Assembly (NCBI GenBank): GCA_964016885.1
Contig: OZ024744.1
Span: forward strand, 95,790,001 to 95,854,000
Reading direction: 5' to 3'
Origin: Eledone cirrhosa
Taxonomy: Eukaryota
Length of the DNA: 64,000 nucleotides
The notes beneath the pieces are model-generated. The model was not told the DNA's origin, ran no database searches, and saw only the letters and a list, made by a program, of their open reading frames with translations. This document shows positions 40,015 to 55,515 of this stretch, one piece after another. Both the position numbers and the translations under genes were made by a program. Numbering within the stretch: position 1 is the stretch's first letter; every line of letters begins with the position of its first letter.

Positions 40015-41945
40015 TTTTATGCTCTCGAAGCACCCTCCTCTGCAGTTAATTAGGTCACCTTGGTTGTAGAAGCTATCAACCATTTCTATGAATACTTCAT
40101 GTGATAGGAAAAGGTTTATATCACTGACACTCATCCCTTTGATTATCCCACTGCATCTTTTATATACTAAGTCTTCTCATCTTGTTAGTCTACCTGTTAT
40201 CCCACTACATTTCTTATGTATCCAAGATTTACATTGTATACTTCATATACAGTTTATGCCTACTCCTTTTCTACATATTAAGTAGGGCCACTTCATTGAA
40301 GGAATCACAGTCCTAGCTCCTTTCCTACACACTAGCACTTTAGTTTTGACTAAGTTTACACTCAGCCCTTTTGATTCCCAATTCTGTTTCCATAGTTGGA
40401 ACTTATTCTCTAGTTCTTTTATGGATTCAGCTCTAAAGACCAAATCATCTGCATAGAGAAGTTCCCATGGATAGCCAGTCTTAAACTCCTCTGTTATGGC
40501 CTGGAAAACTATCATGAACAGCAGTGTACTCCTACCTGTAGCTTGAATTCCTCACTAAACTCATTTCCTACTCTCACTTTACTGACAGCTCCTCTGTATA
40601 TAGCTTCCACTGTTCTCACATGCCATTCTTCCAGACCTAATTTCCTTAAGTACCACAAGATGATAGATCAAGGTACTCTGTCAAAGGCCTTTCTAGATCA
40701 ACAAAAGCTAGATATAGTGACTTATTCTTGGCTAGGAACTTCTCTTATAGTTGCCCCACTAAGACAAGGGCATCTGCAGTACTTTTCCCAGGCATGAAAC
40801 CAAACTGCATCTCATCTGATTTGACTCTTTCTCTAATTAGATGTGTTATGTCATTTTCATTACTTGATCCATTTGTTTTATATCTCTTTAGTTGCTCCTT
40901 TCTAGAGCATCACCTTTGCCCTTGTAACAATTTATGATTGTACTGTTGCGCCAGTCATTGAGTATGACTCCGTCCTGTATTACTCGATTGACTACGCTGG
41001 TTAATAGTTCGGCTCCTACTTTTCCCAATGCTTTTAGCATCTCAGCAACTCTCTGATGGTCCATTCTTCAGCTCTTTGATTGCCTCTTTGACTCTATAAT
41101 TGCCAGCTTCAATAGCTGGTCCTTCTGTTGGGTAAATTAGGGGTAGTCTCTCTTCCTCCCATTCATTCTCTACATTCATCAGCCTCTCATAGAAACAATT
41201 CCAGGTCTCTTTCTTTTGAGCAGCAGTGGTGCTAAGTGCACCAATGTCATTTCTAACACACTTTCCCCCAACAACATCCCAATTCACACTGGTACACTAC
41301 CTTGCAATGTGGAACACTTAACGTCTCTGGTCTTCATGTCACAATACATAAGCAAACTTTCTTTCTTCAGTCTCTTTCTGAGCTATGTACACCTGTTGTA
41401 TAGCTTCTCTCTGAGCTACCGGTACTGGTTTTTTTTACCCCCCATTTTTCCAGTCTTTCCATGTCTGATCTCTTGGCTTAAATGGCTCTATCCACACTCC
41501 TACTGTTGACAACAAAACGTTTCTCCCTATGTATAAAATGATGTTTGTGTGCAAAGTGCAATGCTGCATGGTAGCAAAACATGATCAGTAACTGCAGAAG
41601 ACATGCGTAGAATGGAGAGAAATGAAGCAACCATGCTTCGTTGGATGTGCAATGTAAATGTGAAAGAAAGGAAGAGCTTGGATTAATTGAAGAAAAACTG
41701 AGTTTAAGAGGAATCTGAAGTAGTGTGCAAGAGAGAAGACTGCTTTGGTATGGACATGTGATATGCAAGGATGATGATCCCTGGGTGAAGAAATGCCAGC
41801 TGGAAGGAAAGAAGACCTAGGCAGAGATTGTGAGAGCTGATTTCAAAGGAACATGGTGAGTGGAGAACTGCTGTGCTGAAAAGGACTCATCCAACCCATG
41901 CAAGCATGGAAAAATGGATGTAAAAAATATGATGATGATAATGAT
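40015..41945. mobile_element. RTE LINE with inverted 5' part (minus 40015-41480, plus 41503-41945)
   Basis: Minus part has YPWELLYADDLV and other motifs homologous to 27780-29220. Plus part is homologous to 29255 onward and has a (GAT)n tail. Confidence 0.85.
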
Positions 41946-42314
41946 AAGAACTCTCTATTTCCAAAATGCTGCCACACAGTAAATATGTTTAATTATTTAT
42001 TTATTGATAACAGGAAGTTATAACATATTTTATTTAATTATACAAATTTGTATAAAACTGGTACTTAAAGGTTCAGTAATGCTTTATTCCGTGGTTTGCA
42101 CCCTAAGTGTCTGCTGAGTTGACCATTACCTTTTTATGATCGCATTTCTAATGAAATACAGTATATTCTAATTAGTTAATGAAGAATTTTGAGGAACCCT
42201 TTAAAATGGGTGGTTTTATTTCATAGAACCAGAGCCAGTTTTGGTTGGTAACTAAAGGGTTAATTGGAGTGCCAGCCCTGGCTATTAGTTGCAATTCCTA
42301 ATGATATTCTATAC

Positions 42315-42626
42315 CAGGCATGGGTAACCTTTTTCTAGAAGCGGGCCGCATGAGATATGGCTCATCATCAGGCGGGCCACAAGCGCTAATTTACATTTGT
42401 GTCCACATTTTAAAAAAAAGGACGATAACTCAGGTTGCTTTGATTTATTTCTTCAAAATTTGTATACGTTGTTTTCCCCAATTGTAAAAATGATAGAAAG
42501 ATAAATTACGACTGCAAAGTTGGGGGTAAAAAAATCAGAAAGATTTCACTTAGGTGACTTAGGTGAGCAATTCAGAAAGCTTCGCCAACTGCATGTGTTT
42601 CGCGGGGCGCAGATTGCCCATGACTG
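42315..42626. mobile_element. hAT-like MITE
   Basis: Imperfect TIR caggcatgggtaa / ttgcccatgactg. No exact TSD. Confidence 0.55.
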
Positions 42627-43366
42627 ATATATATATTCTCATAAACAATAGTGTATCAAATGATACATTTTATATTCCCATAACAACTACAAAATTTAAA
42701 GGCGGTATGGTAAATACAACAGAGCAATGTAATACTTGTAATTTGTGTTGAATAAATTAATATTTTTCCTTTTCTGATTTTTGCGTTTGTCTCTTCTCGG
42801 AACTTCATGGTCTTATGCCACCTCTTCTACAGGCACTCCCAACTTGTATCTCCTCCTCAAATCACCCATATTATGTTCAAACCCTCTGGAGCTGTACTAG
42901 CTACTATACCCAGTCATTCATGTCCAGATAGCCGGTCCTTGGGAACAGCCCCTCTCCCCTTGTTCATCGTGTCTTTTCCAGAATGATTGATCCTACAATA
43001 ATCTCAACAGAATTCACCCATGTTGTGGAATTCCCTACCCTGCTCATGCTATTCCAGAAGTAGTGGCTCTGTAACAATTCCAACACAACAAAACCCATAT
43101 TATATTTAACCCTCTCTCCAGCTCCATTCTACTCATTACACCCAGTTCTTCCTCTCCAGAATACCAACCCGCTGAAACACCCTCTCTGCTCATCTATTCA
43201 GATCATCACTCATATTGTGCCTAATATGCTCTACATCTCACACTAGCCATTATATACAATCCTTCCTCTCTATAATGTCAGCCATCTAGAACTCCCTCCT
43301 TATTCATATCTTTCCCAAAAGTGTGGAACCCCAAAAGTTTAACAATTTAGTATTTACATTACTTTA

Positions 43367-45259
<1,893 letters not shown>

Positions 45260-45352
45260 TATTTACTATTGTATTTTCATGGTAATGGTTTTACTTCATA
45301 TAATTATCCCACATCATATCAAATCTATAAGATTTTGATATTATTTATTTTG

Positions 45353-45540
45353 CGGTGGATTGGCAGTATCGGTAGAGGGTCGGACGCCATGCTTTCCAGC
45401 ATAGTTACGTCCCTTTACGATCTGAGTTCAAATCCCGCCGAGGTTGACTTTGCCTTTCATCCTTACGGGGTCGATAAAATAAAGTACCAGTAATGCACTG
45501 GGTAATTGCTGGCCTTGTGCCAAAAGTAGAAACAATTATT
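45353..45540 (+). mobile_element. tRNA-like SINE with 13-bp TSD
   Basis: B-box gagttcaaatccc. TSD attatttattttg at 45340-45352 and 45535-45547. Copies at 39537, 47884, 52693, 53770 and 56500. Confidence 0.85.
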
Positions 45541-45869
45541 TATTTTGAAAACAATACCTTAACATCAGTATGAGCAGCTGGTTACAGCCAGTTTGAACAG
45601 AATGAGGTGAGAGAATTCTGGCCGGATACAGCCGGTTTAAATTGTAAAGGGTTAAACAGAACCTCAACAGCATCAATCTCTCCAGTCATGGCGGGCCTAT
45701 GGTAGCGATAGTCACTGTCTCTTCTTTCAGACCTTCCAAACACGAATAGATCAATAAATAGGCAAAGTCCATATTATTATAAAGCGATCGTTATTTATGA
45801 ATATATACTAAATAATTTTCAACATATAGAAGGAATATGTGTTCACGGAACCATCAACAACAAATCTAA

Positions 45870-46510
45870 GTATTTTATAGAATACCTTATTTACTGTGGT
45901 TAACTCTGATTTAACTCTATAAATACACACATACACTCACACATACACACATATATATATATATAATATGTATATATAATACATATATAAATATTTTATA
46001 GTATTTTATAGAATACCTTATTTACTGTGGTTACCTCTGATTTAACTCTATAAATACACACATACACTCACACATACACACATATATATATATAATATGT
46101 ATATATAATACATATATAAATATTTTATAGTATTTTATAGAATACCTTATTTACTGTGGTTACCTCTGATTTAACTCTATAAATACACACATACACTCAC
46201 ACATACACACATATATATATATAATATGTATATATAATACATATATAAATATTTTATAGTATTTTATAGAATACCTTATTTACTGTGGTTACCTCTGATT
46301 TAACTCTATAAATACACACATACACTCACACATACACACATATATATATATAATATGTATATATAATACATATATAAATATTTTATAGTATTTTATAGAA
46401 TACCTTATTTACTGTGGTTAACTCTGATTTAACTCTATAAATACACACATACACTCACACATACACACATATATATATATAATATGTATATATAATACAT
46501 ATATAAATAT
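45870..46510. repeat. About 129-bp AT-rich tandem repeat, about 5 copies
   Basis: gtattttatagaataccttatttactgtgg recurs at about 45870, 46001, 46130, 46259 and 46388. Confidence 0.9.
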
Positions 46511-46529
46511 ATATATATATATATATATC

Positions 46530-46962
46530 AACATCATCATCACCGTTTTACGTCCGTTCTTCCACGCTAGCATGGGTTAGACAGGTTGTCCTGTTGTGGG
46601 CAGTGTCCAGTCGGCTGAGCTTGTCTTGCTTATACGGGAACTGATTCTGGCTTGATTTCTACAGCTGGATGCTCTTCCTAACACCAACCTCATTTACAGT
46701 GAGTGCTAGGTGCTTTTTTTCCGTGGCGCCTACACGTCCACTTTACAGTGAGTGCTGGGTGCTTTTTTGCCGTGGCACATACACAACCACTTTGCAGTGG
46801 AATGATAGGGACCTTAGTCCCTATCATCTCATTTCTACAGCTGAGTAAACTGGAGCAATGTGAAATAAAGTGTCTTGCTCAAGGAAACAACACATCACCC
46901 GGTCCGAGAATTGAACTCACAACCTTTCGATTGCAAGCCCAATGCTCTAACCACTAAGCCTA
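46530..46962 (-). mobile_element. tRNA-derived SINE with RTE-like 3' tail
   Basis: A-box ggcttagtgg and B-box gagttcaattc on minus, (GAT)n tail. Homologous to 61229-61575. Confidence 0.8.
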
Positions 46963-47060
46963 CGAACAAGTTTCCCATGGTATGTAATTTATATATGTAT
47001 ATATATATTCTAAATGATTTCATACGAATAAATACATAAATGAAACCAAAATGTTTATGT

Positions 47061-47098
<38 letters not shown>

Positions 47099-47883
47099 AA
47101 TCATCGTTTAACAACTATCTTCAACGCTAGCATAGGTTTAGACGGGAATTGAGGCAAGATTGGTCGTCTCGCTCATATAGGACTGTCTGGCAGGTTTTCT
47201 ATGGTTGGATGGCCTTCCTAACACCAACCACGTTTACAGTGTGGACTGGGAGGTTTTTACCATGTTACCTACACGGCCACATTACAGCATGGACTGTGTG
47301 TTTTTTTTTGTCGTGACACCTACACGACCTCATTTATTTAGGACTGGATGTTGTGGTACCAACATAACTTTACAGAGAAAGGGGTGGGGTGGGGGAGTAG
47401 GGGTAGTGGGATGGGGGTGTATATTTGATTAAGAGGTGCCTACTGACTGTAGGTTTCGCTTTGTACTTAGGCAAGGCGGGTCTTCTGTATTACTGCATAG
47501 TGCCAAAGATCTCAGTCCAGTGACATTGTCTTAGAGAATTTATCAGTATCCTAAACATATTTTGTTGCAGATCTCTTGTACCATTTTTTAAACACTCTGC
47601 TTATATTTTACAATGATCTCTTACCACCCTAATCTTAACATGACATTAAATGAACTAGATTGTTTTAGAGAGAGAGAGAGTGTATTTATACATATTATTA
47701 TTACCATTTTATTATTACCATTATATATTATGACCATTTTATGTCAGTTTTCAATGCTGACATTGATTGGACAGTTGTCACCGTCTGAGACTAGATGGGC
47801 TCAAACTACTTCATCTTGCTTATATGTTCTATATTTGACATAGTTTCTATGGTAAGATGCTCTTCTTAACAAAACATATAATA

Positions 47884-48062
47884 TAATTGTTTCTACTTTA
47901 GGCACAAGGCTGGCAATTACCCCCAGTGCATTACTGGTGATTTATTTTATTGACCTCATAAGGATGAAAGGCAAAGCTAACCTCGGCGGGATTTGAACTC
48001 AGAACATAAAGGGCCATAACTCTGTGCTGCAAAGCATTGTGTTTGACCAATACTGCCAATCC
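47884..48062 (-). mobile_element. SINE (45353 family)
   Basis: Sequence similarity to 45353-45540. Confidence 0.78.
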
Positions 48063-48794
48063 AGCTCTTATCATATGATGATAATATAGTATCATCATCA
48101 TCATCATCATCATCTATGTTTAACATCTGTTTTTTTCCAGTTAGCAAGGGTTATTGTGTCGTCATAGACTGGTCAGTACTGAAGCAGAGTCACAGACGTC
48201 CAGATGTGTCCTGTAAGCCTGATATATGATCCCACATTCTATTGAGTGCATCTTACCATGGCTCCAATACTAAGAAAGTTGTCATGCACTTGACACAACT
48301 GAAGAATCCTCTTGGCTCTTTGTTTGGCAAGTTTTCCATGGCTGGATGCCTTTCTTATTACCAACCACTTTACAGAGCATACTGGGTGCTTTTTATTGTC
48401 AACAACACTAGAGATGTTGTCATGTCTACAGCACAACTGAAGAATTTTCCCGACCCTTTGATTGGCAAATTTTGACACAACTAAAGGGCCCTCTTAACCT
48501 CTTGTTTGGCAAATTTTTTATGGCTGGATGCTCTTCCTATTACTAACCAATTTACAGAGTTTACTGGGTGCTTTTTATTATATGGATTACTAATGTTAGG
48601 AAGGTTGTCATGTCTTTGACATAACTGGAGAGTCCTCCCAACCCTTTATTTGGTAAGTTTTCTATGGTTGCATGCTCTTCCTATCGCAAACCACTTTACT
48701 GAGTACCTACTAAATTTTATTGATAGATATGTGATCTTGTATAACCCACTGTTGTAAGGGTAGTCTATGGATTTTCTCTGGGTGTAAAAATGCC

Positions 48795-51700
48795 AAGAAA
48801 TCCCAGTGGAAGTAAGCTGTAGTAGAGGTAGACCAAGGAAGACCTGGGCAGAGGAAATGTCAGTGGAAGGAAGCTGCAGTAGAGGAAGACCAAGGAAGAC
48901 CTGGGTAGAGGAAATACCAGTGGAAGGAAGCTGTAGTAGAGGTAGACCAAGGAAGACCTGGGCAGAGGAAATGTCAGTGGAAGGAAGCTGCAGTAGAGGA
49001 AGACCAAGGAAGACCTGGGCAGAGGAAATGTCAGTGGAAGGAAGCTGTAGTAGAGGTAGACCAAGGAAGACCTGGGCAGAGGAAATGTCAGTGGAAGGAA
49101 GCTGCAGTAGAGGAAGACCAAGGAAGACCTGGGCAGAGGAAATGTCAGTGGAAGGAAGCTGCAGTAGAGGTAGACCAAGGAAGACCTGGGTAGAGGAAAT
49201 ACCAGTGGAAGGAAGCTGCAGTAGAGGTAGACCAAGGAAGACCTGGGCAGAGGAAATGTCAGTGGAAGGAAGCCACAGTAGAGGTAGACCAAGGAAGACC
49301 TGGGCAGAGGAAATGTCAGTGGAAGGAAGCTGCAGTAGAGGTAGACCAAGGAAGACCTGGGCAGAGGAAATGTCAGTGGAAGGAAGCTGCAGTAGAGGTA
49401 GACCAAGGAAGACCTGGGTAGAGGAAATGTCAGTGGAAGGAAGCTGTAGTAGAGGTAGACCAAGGAAGACATGGGCAGAGGAAATGTCAGTGGAAGGAAG
49501 CTGTAGTAGAGGTAGACCAAGGAAGACCTGGGTAGAGGAAATGTCAGTGGAAGGAAGCTGCAGTAGATTTAGACCAAGGAAGACCTAGGCAGAGGAAATG
49601 TCAGTGGAAGGAAGCTGTAGTAGAGGTAGACCAAGGAAGACTTGGGTAGAGGAAATGTCAGTGGAAGGAAGCTGCAGTAGAGGTAGACCAAGGAAGACCT
49701 GGGTGGAGGAAATGTCAGTGGAAGGAAGCTGTAGTAGAGGTAGACCAAGGAAGACCTGGGTAGAGGAAATACCAGTGGAAGGAAGCTGCAGTAGAGGTAG
49801 ACCAAGGAAGACCTGGGCAGAGGAAATGTCAGTGGAAGGAAGCTGTAGTAGAGGAAGACCAAGGAAGACCTGGGCAGAGGAAATGTCAGTGGAAGGAAGC
49901 TGTAGTAGAGGAAGACCAAGGAAGACCTAGGCAGAGGAAATGTCAGTGGAAGGAAGCTGTAGTAGAGGTAGACCAAGGAAGACCTGGGTAGAGGAAATAC
50001 CAGTGGAAGTAAGCTGTAGTAGAGGTAGACCAAGGAAGACCTGGGCAGAGGAAATGTCAGTGGAAGGAAGCTGCAGTAGAGGAAGACCAAGGAAGACCTG
50101 GGCAGAGGAAATGTCAGTGGAAGGAAGCTGTAGTAGAGGTAGACCAAGGAAGACCTGGGCAGAGGAAATGTCAGTGGAAGGAAGCTGCAGTAGAGGAAGA
50201 CCAAGGAAGACCTGGGCAGAGGAAATGTCAGTGGAAGGAAGCTGCAGTAGAGGTAGACCAAGGAAGACCTGGGTAGAGGAAATGTCAGTGGAAGGAAGCT
50301 GTAGTAGAGGTAGACCAAGGAAGACCTGGGCAGAGGAAATGTCAGTGGAAGGAAGCTGCAGTAGAGGAAGACCAAGGAAGACCTGGGTAGAGGAAATACC
50401 AGTGGAAGGAAGCTGTAGTAGAGGTAGACCAAGGAAGACCTGGGCAGAGGAAATGTCAGTGGAAGGAAGCTGCAGTAGAGGAAGACCAAGGAAGACCTGG
50501 GCAGAGGAAATGTCAGTGGAAGGAAGCTGTAGTAGAGGTAGACCAAGGAAGACCTGGGCAGAGGAAATGTCAGTGGAAGGAAGCTGCAGTAGAGGAAGAC
50601 CTGGGCAGAGGAAATGTCAGTGGAAGGAAGCTGCAGTAGAGGTAGACCAAGGAAGACCTGGGTAGAGGAAATACCAGTGGAAGGAAGCTGCAGTAGAGGT
50701 AGACCAAGGAAGACCTGGGCAGAGGAAATGTCAGTGGAAGGAAGCCACAGTAGAGGTAGACCAAGGAAGACCTGGGCAGAGGAAATGTCAGTGGAAGGAA
50801 GCTGCAGTAGAGGTAGACCAAGGAAGACCTGGGCAGAGGAAATGTCAGTGGAAGGAAGCTGCAGTAGAGGTAGACCAAGGAAGACCTGGGTAGAGGAAAT
50901 GTCAGTGGAAGGAAGCTGTAGTAGAGGTAGACCAAGGAAGACATGGGCAGAGGAAATGTCAGTGGAAGGAAGCTGTAGTAGAGGTAGACCAAGGAAGACC
51001 TGGGTAGAGGAAATGTCAGTGGAAGGAAGCTGCAGTAGATTTAGACCATGGAAGACCTAGGCAGAGGAAATGTCAGTGGAAGGAAGCTGTTGTAGAGGTA
51101 GACCAAGGAAGACTTGGGTAGAGGAAATGTCAGTGGAAGGAAGCTGCAGTAGAGGTAGACCAAGGAAGACCTGGGTGGAGGAAATGTCAGTGGAAGGAAG
51201 CTGCAGTAGAGGTAGACCAAGGAGGACCTGGGTAGAGGAAATGTCAGTGGAAGGCAGCTGCAGTAGAGGTAGACCAAGGAAGACCTGGGTAGAGGAAATA
51301 CCAGTGGAAGGAAGCTGTAGTAGAGGTAGACCAAGGAAGACCTGGGTAGAGGAAATGTCAGTGGAAGGAAGCTGTAGTAGAGGTAGACCAAGGAAGACCT
51401 GGGCAGAGGAAATGTCAGTGGAAGGAAGCTGTAGTAGAGGTAGACCAAGGAAGACCTAGGCAGAGGAAATGCCAGTGGAAGGAAGCTGTAGTAGAGGTAG
51501 ACCAAGGAAGACCTGGGTAGAGGAAATGTCAGTGGAAGGAAGCTGCAGTAGAGGTAGACCAAGGAAGACCTGGGTGGAGGAAATGTCAGTGGAAGGAAGC
51601 TGCAGTAGAGGTAGACCAAGGAGGACCTGGGTAGAGGAAATGTCAGTGGAAGGAAGCTGCAGTAGAGGTAGACCAAGGAAGACTTGGGTAGAGGAAATGT

Positions 51701-51976
51701 CAGTGGAAGGAAGCTGTAGTAGAGGTAGACCAAGGAAGACCTGGGTGGAGGAAATGTCAGTGGAAGGAAGCTGTAGTAGAGGTAGACCAAGGAAGACTTG
51801 GGTAGAGGAAATGTCAGTGGAAGGAAGCTGTAGTAGAGGTAGACCAAGGAAGACCTGGGCAGAGGAAATGTCAGTGGAAGGAAGCCGCAGTAGAGGTAGA
51901 CCAAGGAAGACCTGGGTGGAGGAAATGTCAGTGGAAGGAAGCCGCAGTAGAGGTAGACCAAGAAAGATCTGGGCAG
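48795..51976 (+). repeat. 57-bp minisatellite (about 56 copies) derived from the RTE ORF2 C-terminus
   Basis: Unit gaggaaatgtcagtggaaggaagctgcagtagaggtagaccaaggaagacctgggca encodes EEMSVEGSCSRGRPRKTWA. Embedded in an RTE 3' end (48775-52135) with (GAT)n tail. Confidence 0.95.
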
Positions 51977-52225
51977 GGGTGATAAGAGCTTACCTCAAGT
52001 TGCTGAGACTCACAGAGGAGATGATGAAGAAGCACAGTGAGTGGAAAGATGTGCTGAAAAGGACCTGTCCAACACATTCAAGCATGGAAAAGCAGATGTA
52101 AAAACGATGATGATGATGATGATGATGACGATGATGTGGTAAATTCATGAATATTAACTTTCTTGCCTAATCTTATGACTTTCTATTCCATCCTATTTAA
52201 TCCATTAATTTTAAAGAAGACTTAG

Positions 52226-52444
52226 CCCTTTAATGTTCAAACCGGCCAAAACCGGCCAGAATTCTCAACCTCTTCTTTTTGAAACTGGCTGTAACTGGTC
52301 GCTCAAACTGATGGTAAGGTATTGTTCTCAAAATAAATACTTTCAAAATCTCATAGATTCGATATTACGTGAGATATTATGCGAGGTAAAGCCTTTACCA
52401 TGAAAATATAATAGTATATATAGAGTAATGTGAATGCTAAAGGG
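52226..52444. mobile_element. piggyBac-like MITE
   Basis: Homologous to 9167-9387. Ends aagggTTAA. Confidence 0.7.
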
Positions 52445-52567
52445 TTAAGAAAAATCTGATGAATGCTACATGCTAGAGATTAATGTGGTTATTTTATGTT
52501 CACCTTATATTCATATTTGCTGAGTGTGTGTGTGTGTGTGACTGGGTAGGTATAGGCTGCCTGTTAC

Positions 52568-52667
52568 CAGCCCATGGAGTGATGGGTGACTTTAAGGCGC
52601 AGTCTTCAATAACGCTTTCAATATCATGAAAAACATTATTTAACACACCACAGAACCACAGAGTATA
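52568..52667 (-). CDS. Possible host exon (phase 0 to 1)
   Basis: Unique sequence, TAG acceptor and GTAAC donor. Open frame YTLWFCGVLNNVFHDIESVIEDCALKSPITPWA, in phase with the exon at 55746-55810. Confidence 0.3.
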
Positions 52668-52692
52668 CTAACAGCATGCAACACTCATTATA

Positions 52693-52882
52693 CAGTGGAT
52701 TGGCAGTATTGGTAGAGGGTTGGACGCCATGCTTTGAAGTATAGAGTTACGTCCCTTTACAATCTGAGTTCAAATACCGCCGAGGTTAACTTTGCCTTTC
52801 ATCCTTACGGGGTCGATAAAATGAAGTACCAGTAATGCACTGAGATAATTGCTGGTCTTGTGCCTAAAGTAGAAACAATTAT
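52693..52882 (+). mobile_element. SINE (45353 family)
   Basis: Sequence similarity to 45353-45540. Confidence 0.8.
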
Positions 52883-52994
52883 TTGTTTCCAACATGTCAA
52901 TACAAATACACTCCCCTCTTTTGCTTTAAATGAATGCACAGCTGTTCTTATCCACTCCATTGTATCCTGTCTTACATGCATTACACATTAGATG

Positions 52995-53300
52995 AGTGGC
53001 CTTGTGGTTAGGGAATTTGGTTCACAATCGTGTGAATTTTGTATTTGATTCCCAGCGTCATGTTGTGTCCTTGAGCAAGACACTTTATTTCATGTTGCTC
53101 CAGTCTACTCAGCTGGCAAAAATGAGTTGTACTTTTAATTCGAAGGGCCAGCCATGTCACATTCTGTGTCACGCCGAATCTCCCTTAGAGCTGCGTTAAG
53201 GGTACACATGTTTGTGGAATGCTCAGCCACTTGCACCTTAATTTCACGAGCAGGCTGTTCCATTAAGATCAACTGGAACACTCATTGTCATAACCAACAG
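52995..53300 (+). mobile_element. tRNA-derived SINE
   Basis: tggccttgtggttag head and gtgtccttgagcaagacactttatttca core, shared with the 61229 family. Confidence 0.7.
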
Positions 53301-53769
53301 AGTGCCTTCCATTCCACACATTATACATACTAGCAGAAAAACCATTCTCAGGGTGGTTTTTCTGCTAGTGTGTATATATATATAGTGTGTATATTGATAT
53401 TATATACAAATATATATACATGTAGATATGATACATCAAATAAAATCGTAATTGACAATATACACAGAAATTGAACGAAGACTGTGTTACACTGTCTTAT
53501 GTAATCAGTAACGTAATCCATGATACATTAAAAAAAGACGATATTATATATAAACTGCATTATATATAAACTGCATTACGGTGAAATGTAATGAAAACGG
53601 AAAAGGAGAAAATTAGTGACAGAAGTATAAACGTTATAATATAACGATGCAAATATATGAACATTTACATAAACGATGTAATATAGCGTCTGTTATATCA
53701 TAACTGGAAGTATTGACATTTGAAAATGTTAAAAGAAGTGAATCTTAAAATAAGCAATCATTATATATG

Positions 53770-53960
53770 AGGCGGTGGATTGGCAGTATCGGTGGAGGGT
53801 CGGACGCCATGCTTTCCAGCATAGTTATGTCCCTTTACGATCTGAGTTCAAATCCCGCCGAGGTTGACTTTGCCTTTCATCCTTACGGGGTCGATAAAAT
53901 AAAGTACCAGTAATGCACTGGGATAATTGCTGGCCTTGTGCCTAAAGTAGAAACAATTAT
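53770..53960 (+). mobile_element. SINE (45353 family)
   Basis: Nearly identical to 45353-45540. Confidence 0.85.
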
Positions 53961-54397
53961 ATATAAGAATATTTACGTTTAATCAACAGCTACGAAATTT
54001 AGTAGATAAATTATGTAATATTCATTCATTATTTATTCAAAGTAATCCGACTTATTTTACTAACGGGATAAAAAAATATATTCAGGACACAGTCCCGCAC
54101 TCCTCCCTTTATTATATTATGATAACAAACCAGTGTTGACCACATTTCTTTGCAACCTCTGAACATTTTACAAATCCAAATCTTTCATATACCATCCCCC
54201 ATGTGCAACATAACACTTCTATCATATGGGTCATTCACACAAAGAGAAATATGACACAAGACCGGACCGCTAATACAGAAGACCCGACTCCCCACAGGCA
54301 CAGGCCGAAACTGAAATATATATACAGTATGCTCCACTCCACCCCACCCTCCCATACAACTCTCATGAGGTCAGTACGAAGTATGTATCCAGTGAAG

Positions 54398-55515
54398 TCC
54401 CCAGCCCACACTGTAAAGTGGTCATGTAGATGTCATGACAAAAAGCACCCAGTCCACACTGTAAAGTGGTCATGTAGGTGTCATGACAAAAAGCACCCAG
54501 TCCACACTGTATAGTGGTCATGTAGGTGTCATGACAAAAAGCACCCAGTCCACACTGTATAGTGGTCATGTAGGTGTCATGACAAAAAGCACCCAGTCCA
54601 CACTGTATAGTGGTCATGTAGGTGTCATGACAAAAAGCACCCAGTCCACACTGTAAAGTGGTCATGTAGGTGTCATGACAAAAAGCACCCAGTCCACACT
54701 GTAAAGTGGTCATGTAGGTGTCATGACAAAAAGCACCCAGTCCACACTGTATAGTGGTCATGTAGGTGTCATGACAAAAAGCACCCAGTCCACACTGTAT
54801 AGTGGTCATGTAGGTGTCATGACAAAAAGCACCCAGTCCACACTGTAAAGTGGTCATGTAGGTGTCATGACAAAAAGCACCCAGTCCACACTGTATAGTG
54901 GTCATGTAGGTGTCATGACAAAAAGCACCCAGTCCACACTGTATAGTGGTCATGTAGGTGTCATGACAAAATGCACCCAGCCCACACTGTAAAGTGGTTG
55001 TGTAGGTGTCATGACAAAAAGCACCCAGCCCACACTGTAAAGTGGTCTTGTAGGTGTCAGAAACAAAAAAAAACCCAGTCCACACTGTAAAGTGGTTGTG
55101 TAGGTGTCATGACAAAAAGCACCCAGCCCACACTGTAAAGTGGTTGTGTAGGTGTCATGACAAAAAGCGCCCAGCCCACACTTATAAAGTGGTCGTGTAG
55201 GTATCATGACAAAATGCACCCAGTCCACACTGTAAAGTGGTCATGTAGGTGTCATGACAAAATGCACCCAGTCCACACTGTAAAGTGGTTGTGTAGGTGT
55301 CATGACAAAAAGCACCCAGCCCACACTTATAAAGTGGTCATGTAGGTGTCATGACAAAATGCACCCAGTCCACACTGTAAAGTGGTTGTGTAGGTGTCAT
55401 GACAAAAAGCGCCCAGCCCACACTTATAAAGTGGTCGTGTAGGTATCATGACAAAATGCACCCAGTCCACACTGTAAAGTGGTTGTGTAGGTATCATGAC
55501 AAAAAGCACCCAGCA
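54398..55515 (+). repeat. 48-bp minisatellite (about 23 copies) derived from a SINE body
   Basis: Unit cacccagtccacactgtaaagtggtcatgtaggtgtcatgacaaaaag. Runs into the SINE 3' part at 55500-55690 with (GAT)n tail. Confidence 0.93.

Noticed and set aside
45660-45735. Further minus-strand exon of the host gene
   Set aside because: Weak AAG acceptor and no homology support. Too speculative to call.
48765-52101. Long ORFs on both strands as a repetitive host protein, or the array as CRISPR
   Set aside because: The unit is a multiple of 3 and derives from an RTE. There are no unique spacers and the context is eukaryotic.
54363-55509. Cys/His-rich repeat ORF (CGLGAFCHDTY) as a metalloprotein
   Set aside because: It is the antisense translation of a 48-bp SINE-derived minisatellite.
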